From assembly GCA_951406725.2 (NCBI GenBank), contig OX597840.1, positions 30,194,001 through 30,258,000 on the forward strand: a stretch of 64,000 bases of DNA. The letters run 5' to 3'. Shown one piece after another: positions 56,449-64,000 of this stretch. The stretch comes from Octopus vulgaris (lineage: Eukaryota). The position numbers and the translations under genes were made by a program. Every line of letters begins with the position of its first letter. Within the stretch, counting starts at the first letter, position 1. Under the pieces are notes generated by a model. It saw nothing but the letters and a program-made list of their open reading frames with translations. It had not been told where the DNA came from and searched no databases.

Positions 56449-56720
56449 ATTTTAGAAGCTTAAAGCTTAAAAGCGATTACTGTGCAATGACTAAAGAAAT
56501 TAATCTAATAACGGGGTATATAAGCCCTCAAAGGAAAAAAAGGTTTTCCCGTATGTTGGTGTAAATGGTAGCACGTTTGTCATGAAAACAAAGTGATGTA
56601 GGTTCGAGTTGCATGTGTATGAGAAAACTTTCTTCTTTCAAGGGCTTATATACACCATTATTAGACTATTTTCTTTAGTCGTTGCATAGTGATAACTTAT
56701 AAGCTTTAGGCTTATAAAAT
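56449..56720. mobile_element. MITE-like inverted repeat (~105-bp arms) with tRNA-like loop
   Basis: Arms 56449-56554 and 56618-56720; loop has TGGTGTAAATGG (A box), TTTGT-CATGAAA-ACAAA stem-loop and GGTTCGAGT (B box). Confidence 0.75.
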
Positions 56721-57200
56721 ACTATGACATATATATATATATATATATTTATTTATTATTTGAGGGAATAAAATCAAAAACTTACAAGGAAAAAAATTCA
56801 ATTTAGAAATACTAAATCAAATTTCACACAATATAATATATATATAAAAATTAGAAAAAAAACACCTTTTATCAATTCAAAATGAATTGATAAAAGTTTT
56901 GAATTGATAAAAGGTGTTTTTTTCCTAATTTTATATATATATATATATACACATATATATATACCACAGAAAGAAAACCGTAGTTTGTTATCAGGGAGTT
57001 AGATAATCATTACAGATATAGGCTAAAGAATTATTAATTTCTAATTGATAAATTTTACCAAGTAGTTTCGGTATGGAAAACAAACCATATTCGGTAAAAA
57101 CTTATACAAAAAGTTTTTTTATATATAATTATAACAATAATTAAGGGTTTAGCAACAAGTTGCTTCACCACATACTGAAAATTTAGAAATAGCAGTCAAA

Positions 57201-57238
<38 letters not shown>

Positions 57239-57274
57239 CAGAAAAGAATAAACGATTATCTTATGAGCTTCATT

Positions 57275-57355
57275 AGCTTACAGCTGTTTCTGCTATAAGA
57301 CACATCAAACTCATAATTGAGTGCTTGAGTAACAACTTATAGCTTCATCAGAGCC
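57275..57355 (-). ncRNA. Type I hammerhead ribozyme candidate
   Basis: GGCU CUGAUGA A-GCUAUAAG...CUUAUAGC-A GAA AC-AGCU-GU A AGCU. Confidence 0.72.
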
Positions 57356-57434
57356 TCGAATAGCGTTCTTAAGCATAAGTATATTGCATTCTACATCAGG
57401 TTTTTAGACTCACAATGCCTAAGCAAGATATATA

Positions 57435-57539
<105 letters not shown>

Positions 57540-57617
57540 TGATTGATTGATTGATTCTAGTTTCAGCTTATGAGCTGTGGCCATGCTGGGGCACCGCCAT
57601 TTATGTATATATATATA

Positions 57618-57751
57618 AATTTATTTTATAGAAGGAGCTTCTACAGGACTAGAACTGTTTCATTCAAATGAAATCATCAGGAAGCTTCCTGATGATTTCA
57701 TTTGAATGAAACGGTTCTAGTCCTGTAGAAGCTCCTTCTATAAAATAAATT
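57618..57751. repeat. 134-bp near-perfect palindrome with a hammerhead-like motif on each strand
   Basis: 67-bp arms, no spacer, centre AAG|CTT at 57684/57685, one mismatch. Confidence 0.92.
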
Positions 57752-57818
57752 AATTTACTCTGCTATGTATTGAGTATCTTATTTACTGTGGTTAACCCCG
57801 ACTCAACCCGGGACCTAC

Positions 57819-57852
<34 letters not shown>

Positions 57853-57853
57853 G

Positions 57854-58170
57854 TGTGGAGGCGCAATGGCCCAGTGGTTAGGGCAGCGGACTCGCGGTCG
57901 TAGTATTGCGGTTTCAATTCCCAGACCGGGCGTTGTGAGTATTTATTGAGCAAAAACACCTAAAAGCTCCTCGACACTCTGGCAGGGAGTGGTGGTGATC
58001 CCTGCTGTACTCTTTTGCCACTCATTCTCCCACTCTTTCTTCTGTTGGCCTGCTCGCTTAGCCAGCGGGGTGGCGTCATTCAAAGGCTAAAACAATGCAA
58101 ACGCATGGTGACCAGCTGATGGTCTGGTTGGTCACCTGATCACGTGATGGTCTGGTTGGTCACCTGATCA
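57854..58170 (+). mobile_element. tRNA-derived SINE group C
   Basis: GTGGAGGCGCAATGGCCCAGTGGTTAGGGCAGCGGACTCGCGG...GTTTCAATTCCC; matches 32752-32905. Confidence 0.85.
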
Positions 58171-58765
58171 TATATATATATATATATATATATATCAGCC
58201 AATTCCATCTGGAACAGATACAAGCAAGAAAAAGTAGATGTTAAAAAGGATGTTGATTATGAGGATGATGATGATGATGAAGTCGATAAACAAGAAGACT
58301 CAGCACCGTCCATTGTGTTTTTGGATGCAGCTCCATCATAACCTAACTCCTCAGATTCTGGATATTACATGCATACAGATGCACAACCAACAAACGATGG
58401 TATCCCACCCTGTTTCCATCTCCCAAATTCCACTTGGAATATATTAGGCAACTCAAAGCTCTATGATACAACACTTGCCCCCAGAGTTTGTACATCTAGA
58501 TCAAACACAGCCCAACGTGATGGTTGCAATGTGAGCATCTGGACACCACAGCCATTGTTACATGCAGAATAGAAAAACCATTATCATCCTCATCATCAAC
58601 CTAACACTCACTTTCTCCTTTGCCTGGCACCCCTGAACCGAAGAGTTTTATACCATTTTGACATGAAGATCTCCCTTTCATTCACTTCAGGATAGCTTGC
58701 TCAAAGGTGTTGTGAGCTATATTGACTGCTGAGAGGTTACTCTTGTGCCAGTTCACTGCTTTAAA

Positions 58766-58825
<60 letters not shown>

Positions 58826-58883
58826 AACTAATAAAAATAATAATAATAATAATAATAATAATAGTAATAATAATAATAATGAT

Positions 58884-59052
58884 AAGGTCATGTTCTGTTT
58901 ATCTTGATATGAGATCACCATGTCGCGCACACATGGTTGTGACATATGTGCCCGGTGTACCCTTATCAGACGGGTAGTCATGATGGGTATACTGAGCATC
59001 GTGTATATTACCCCAGTGTCACTTTGATGGTATGTGCTGCTCTCTCACTCAA
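58884..59052 (+). mobile_element. (AAT)n-associated retroelement 3' end, copy 3
   Basis: Last ~170 bp of the 9535/18128 family, flanked by (AAT)n on both sides. Confidence 0.85.
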
Positions 59053-59250
59053 AAATAATAATAATAACACTGATGATAATATATATGTGAAAATACAGAG
59101 AAACACAAGTTTGTATTAATGTCCCTACATGTGTTTCATCATTATGATGGTTTGGACTGGTGTAATAGAACTTTTGATTGCATAGGGATACTCAGCCACA
59201 ACAGGGATTACCTAGTTGCATCAAGTTACAAGAATTATGAGTGTTTGGGC

Positions 59251-59288
<38 letters not shown>

Positions 59289-59291
59289 TTG

Positions 59292-59328
<37 letters not shown>

Positions 59329-59332
59329 CATA

Positions 59333-59380
<48 letters not shown>

Positions 59381-59449
59381 TATGTATATATGATAGACCG
59401 TTAGCTCCTACACGCATTCTTTTTCTCTCCTCGTTTTTTTTCTGTGTAT

Positions 59450-59485
59450 CTTTCTGTCGAAGAGCATAGGCGCAAAACGTAAAAG
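59450..59485 (+). ncRNA. Variant minimal hammerhead-like motif
   Basis: CUUU CUGUCGA A GAGC-AUAG-GCGC AAAAC GUA AAAG; A6 and G12 substituted. Confidence 0.4.
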
Positions 59486-59667
59486 ACTTGTTCTATTTCT
59501 ATTCCTGAGCGCCATACTAATACATTTGTTTGTTTGTACTCCACCTGCCTTCGTCTTTTGTTTATTTTCGTAAACCTTCCCGTTATATATACATACATAT
59601 GTATACAAACATGTGTATATATATATATATATATATATAGATATAGATATATATACACATACATACA

Positions 59668-59712
<45 letters not shown>

Positions 59713-60239
59713 GATGGGCCTTTGCCTTTCCCTTGGATAACATCAGTGGTGTGGAGAGGGGAGGCTGGTATGCATGGGCAACTGGTACTCTTCCATAAAC
59801 AACCTTGTCCGGACTTGTGCCTCAGAGGACAACTTTCTAGGTTCAATCCCATGGTCATTCATGACCAAAGGGGTTCTTTAAACACCATAGGTCCACACAA
59901 TTTCCACCTACCAAAATCTCTCGCAAAACTTCAGTCACCCTGGGGCAATAAGTAGAAGGCACATGCCTGAGGTACCACACTATGGGACTGAACTTGTAAC
60001 CATGCGATTTAGAAGCAAACTTTTTACCACACAGCCACGCCAGTGGTCTTATATAAATGGTTTTTCTTTTCTTTTCTTTTTCTGTTTCTAAAATTTGTGT
60101 TAATGTTTAATTGTATATAAACTTGTTGATGTCTTTGATCTTTGGGGCGGAACGGTTGTGTTTGATGGTCTACTGAAGAAGAGCATGGAATGTGTATCAA
60201 TGGTCGTTTATTAAATGGAGTTTATACATGGATACACCA

Positions 60240-60240
60240 G

Positions 60241-60276
<36 letters not shown>

Positions 60277-61104
60277 GAAGGAGGGAGAAACAGGGAGGGA
60301 GAGAGAAGAGAGAGATATATGGAGACACAGAGAGGATTAGAGAGAGAGATATGGAGACACAGAGAGGATTAGAGAGAGAGAGAGAGCTAAAGACAGGAAG
60401 ATAGAGGAAAGGAGAAGGAATGAAGGAGAGAGAATAAAGGAGAAAGAGAGAGACAGAACTAAAGAGAGGAGAGAGAGAAAGGAGAGAGGGAGAGGGAGAG
60501 GGAGAGAGAGAGGGAAGGGGAGAAGGAGGGAGAAACAGGGAGGGAGAAAGGAGAGAGAGATATGGAGACACAGAGGGAATTAGAGAGAGAGAGAGAGAGA
60601 GGAGGAGAAGGAGGGAGAAACAGAGAGGGAGAGGAGAGAGATATGGAGACACAGAGAGAATTAGAGAGAGAAGAGGAGAAGGAGGGAGAAACAGGGAGGG
60701 AGAGAGAAGAGAAAGAGATATGGAGACACAGAGAGGATTAGAGAGAGAGAGAAACAGAGAGAGAATTGAAGACAGGAAAATAGAGAAAAGAAGAAGGAAT
60801 GAAGGAGAGAGAATAAAGGAGAAAGAGAGAGAGACAGAACTAAAGAGAGAGACAAAGAGAGAGGAGAGAGAGAGAAGAGGGAAAGACAGAAAGGAGAAAG
60901 ATAGAGAAAGGAGAGAGGCAGAGAGAGATAGAGAGATAGAGCTGTGTCTTTAACATGAACCACTAAATATTAAATATTCTTCAAATCTTCCATCTGTAAG
61001 AGAGAGAGAGCATGAGAATGAGAGAAAGACAGAGAGAGAGAGACAGACAGATAGACAGATGAACGAATAAACAAGAGAAACACACAGAGAAAGAAGGGAA
61101 AATG

Positions 61105-61144
<40 letters not shown>

Positions 61145-61150
61145 AAGGAA
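60240..61150. repeat. GA-rich polypurine tract with a degenerate higher-order unit
   Basis: GAGATATGGAGACACAGAG recurs about five times. Confidence 0.9.
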
Positions 61151-61749
61151 GAGAAAGTGAAAGTAGAGTCTATGACATTCACCACAAAAGACTAAATATT
61201 CTTGAAATCTTGTATCTGCTACTTATCTACCAAAGAAGCTGACAGTTTGGGTTTTCCTAAATTCTATGTCGATTTTTATCAGACATGCTTATTGTATTTC
61301 TTTCATCTTTAATTTATTAGTTTTCTTTTTATATCAAGCCCCAGATAAATTCCAGTATCTTTCAGAAAAGTTTCCATATTTTTTCTCTATCTCTTTTTTT
61401 TTTTTTTTGGTGTATATGTGTGTGTTTTGTGTTTCGCAGTTGAATGCACTATTTAACATCTGTCATCGACTTGCAAAGTAAGAATTATCAATTTTCCACT
61501 TGGATAAAACTTAGACAACTTACAGAACTCATGGCGTTACAATGACTGACAACAGAATACAAGACAGATCTCGTGCTATTGTTTTAACCAATAATTATGC
61601 CGCAATACCCAAGACAGAATTGCTCAGCTTGCTCTCATTCATTACAAAATTCTAATTATTCCTTTCTGCCACTGAGACAGGGCCTGGAATTTCTGGGAGG
61701 TGGAGCTAATCAATTACATCGACCCCCAGTATTTCACTGGTATTTATTG

Positions 61750-61980
61750 CCACCGAGCTGGTAGAATTGTTAGCATGCTGGGCGTAATGCTTAGTGGTAT
61801 TTCATCTGCCGCTATGTTCTGAGTTCAAATTCCGCCGAGGTCGACTTTGCCTTTCATCCTTTCGGGGTTGATTAAATAAATACCAGTTACGCACTGGGGT
61901 CGATATAATCGACTTAATCCGTTTGTCTGTCCTTGTTTGTCCTCTCTGTGGTTAGCCCCTTGTGGGTAGTAAAGAAATAG
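61750..61980 (+). mobile_element. SINE group B inserted into an older opposite-strand group B-like SINE
   Basis: GGTATTTATT at 61739-61748 and 61980-61989. Confidence 0.88.
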
Positions 61981-62194
61981 GTATTTATTTTATCGACCCC
62001 GAAAGAATGAAAAGCAAATTTGACCTTGATGTAATTTGAACTCAGAACATAGAGACGGACATAAAGTCTAAGTATTTTGTCTGGTGTGCTAATGATTCTG
62101 CCAGCTCAACATCTTGTAATTATTGATAATTACAAATTGTAATTATCAATAATTATTGTGGGAAGAAAATTGAAAGTAAAAATGTAATTTAACT

Positions 62195-62597
62195 GGTGCA
62201 GGAGTGGCTGTGTGGTAAATAACTTGCTTACCAACCACATGGTTCCAGGTTCAGTCCCACTGCATGGCACCTTGGGCAAGTGGCTTCTACTATAGCCTCA
62301 GGCTAACCAAAGCCTTGTGAGTGGATTTGGTAGACGGAAACTGAAAGAAACCCGTCGTATATGTGTATATGTATATATATGTGTGTATGTTTGTGTGTCT
62401 CTGTTTGTTCCCCCCCCAACATCACTTGACAATCAATGCTGGTGTGTTTATGTCCCCGTAACTTAGTGGTTCGGCAAAAGAGACCGATAGAATAAGTACT
62501 AGGCTTACAAAGAATAAGCCCTGGGGTTAATTTGATTCGACTAAAGGCGGTGCTCCAGCATGGCCGCAGTCAAATGTCTGAAACAAGTAAAAGAGTA
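62195..62597 (+). mobile_element. SINE group A
   Basis: Full-length match. Confidence 0.92.
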
Positions 62598-62699
62598 TTC
62601 TAAATGAAGCAATTTTAATGTTTTTGTTGTCATTTATTGTCCCAGGAAATTTAGCAAAGTGCATGTCTGTGAGGTTAGGAATTTTGCTGTCCAACCACC

Positions 62700-63605
62700 T
62701 AAGGCTATAGTAGAAATACTTGCCCAAGGTACGGAAATGACAAGCCATGTAGTTGGAAAGTGTAGAAGATACTTGCCCAAGATACTGTGCAATAAGAGTG
62801 AACCCTCAAATTATATGGTTGGGAAGTGAGGAGCTATAGTAGAAGAACTTGCTCAAGGTGGTGAACAATGGGTCTAAAGCACCAAGCCATTTGGCTGTAA
62901 CATGTGGAGCTATAACAGGACACAGTTGTGATGATGAAGTAACTGCAAAAAAAATTAAAAAATAAAGGCGGCGAGCTGGCAGAAATGTTAGCACGCCGGC
63001 CAAAATGTGTAGCCGTATTTCATCTGTCGTTACGTTCTGAGTTCAAATTCCGCCGAGGTCAACTTTGCCTTTCATCCTTTCGGGGTCGATAAATAAAGTA
63101 CCAGTTTCCAACAGGGGTCGATGTAATCGACTTAATCCGTTTGTCTGTCCTTGTTTGTCCCCTCTTTGTTTAGCCCCTTGTGGGCAGTAAAGAAATATAT
63201 AACAGGACACAGTTTCCCATTGTGCCATGTAGTGGGATGAACCCTTGGACCATATGGTTAGTAAGTGTAAGGGCTACAGTAGAAGACAATTGCCTATGGT
63301 GCCATGCTATGAGACTGAACCATAAAGCATACGGGTAGCAAGTATGGTGGATAGAGTAGAAGATACTTGTCTCTGGTACTGTGCAGTGAGACTGAACTCA
63401 AAGCTACATTGTTGGGAAGCTTGAGGCTATAGCAGATGATACTTGGCCAAAGATGCCTTGAAGTAGGACAGAACTGGAAACCATATGGTTTTGGAAAGTG
63501 TGGCGGCTACAGTAGAAGATATTTGTCTATAGAGCTGTGTAGTGGGACAGAACGCAAAAGCACTCAGTTAGGGAATGGACTTCCAAACCACACAGCCGTA
63601 CCTAC
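62700..63605 (-). repeat. Old ~76-bp minisatellite derived from the SINE A head (~8 units), with a SINE B insertion at 62967-63197
   Basis: Recurring GCTATAGTAGAAGAYACTTG at ~62704, 62762, 62833, 62909, 63273, 63349, 63427 and 63507. Confidence 0.75.
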
Positions 63606-64000
63606 ATTTCTTACTTGCTATTAAATTCTTCAAAAACAAAAGATTTTTTTTCTTCCATATTCTTCATAAGCATTTTCAGAATTATATTATAACCCGAAGG
63701 TCAAGAACAGACAGTCTAGAAAAATATTTCATGTATACCTTCTTGTGAAAGTCATGCAGAAGATTCCAAGATTTATAGAGAAGGAGAAGCGGTTAACTGT
63801 AGAGCTTGGAAAATTTCCCCTCAAATGACTTTAGCTTCATAGATACAAGACCATGGTTCAGGCCTTCTCTGCCCTTGTGTTACTAATGTCTTTAAGAATA
63901 AGTCACGAATACCATTCAGTTTCGCTTTTGTTACTCTATAAATCTAAGACCTTCGGACCTCTGTTCTCAGAAATCAATACTCTTTATATATTGATGAGCG

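Noticed and set aside
57050-57100. Minus-strand CCGAATA...GAAAC motif
   Set aside because: Two core mismatches and no convincing stem III

Overview
Eukaryotic, AT-rich, repeat-saturated animal DNA. It is most likely an octopod cephalopod, inferred from the tRNA-derived SINE families and the extreme (TA)n/(AAT)n/(GAT)n microsatellite density. No intact protein-coding gene is visible, and almost all ORFs in the supplied track are microsatellite or repeat artefacts. The window holds dozens of SINEs from three groups and 3' fragments of RTE-, CR1- and R4/Dong-type LINEs. It also holds three non-autonomous Helitrons, several MITE-like inverted repeats, and two young retrotransposon-derived tandem arrays (18 x 234 bp in frame; 27 x 62 bp). 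Most interesting: (1) about a dozen type I hammerhead-ribozyme-like motifs in about seven unrelated small repeat families, mostly inside or beside (TA)n tracts and often in inverted or partial-tandem arrangements, as in Penelope-like pLTRs and retrozymes. These include a ~363-bp circularly permuted unit at 26.3-27.2 kb and a 134-bp palindrome with a hammerhead on each strand at 57.6 kb. (2) The RTE-derived 78-codon in-frame satellite, nested inside an R4/Dong element. (3) A duplicated 66-bp candidate minus-strand exon, one copy interrupted by a SINE. (4) A MITE-like hairpin with a tRNA-like Pol III cassette in its loop. All structure calls were made by eye and need computational or experimental confirmation.
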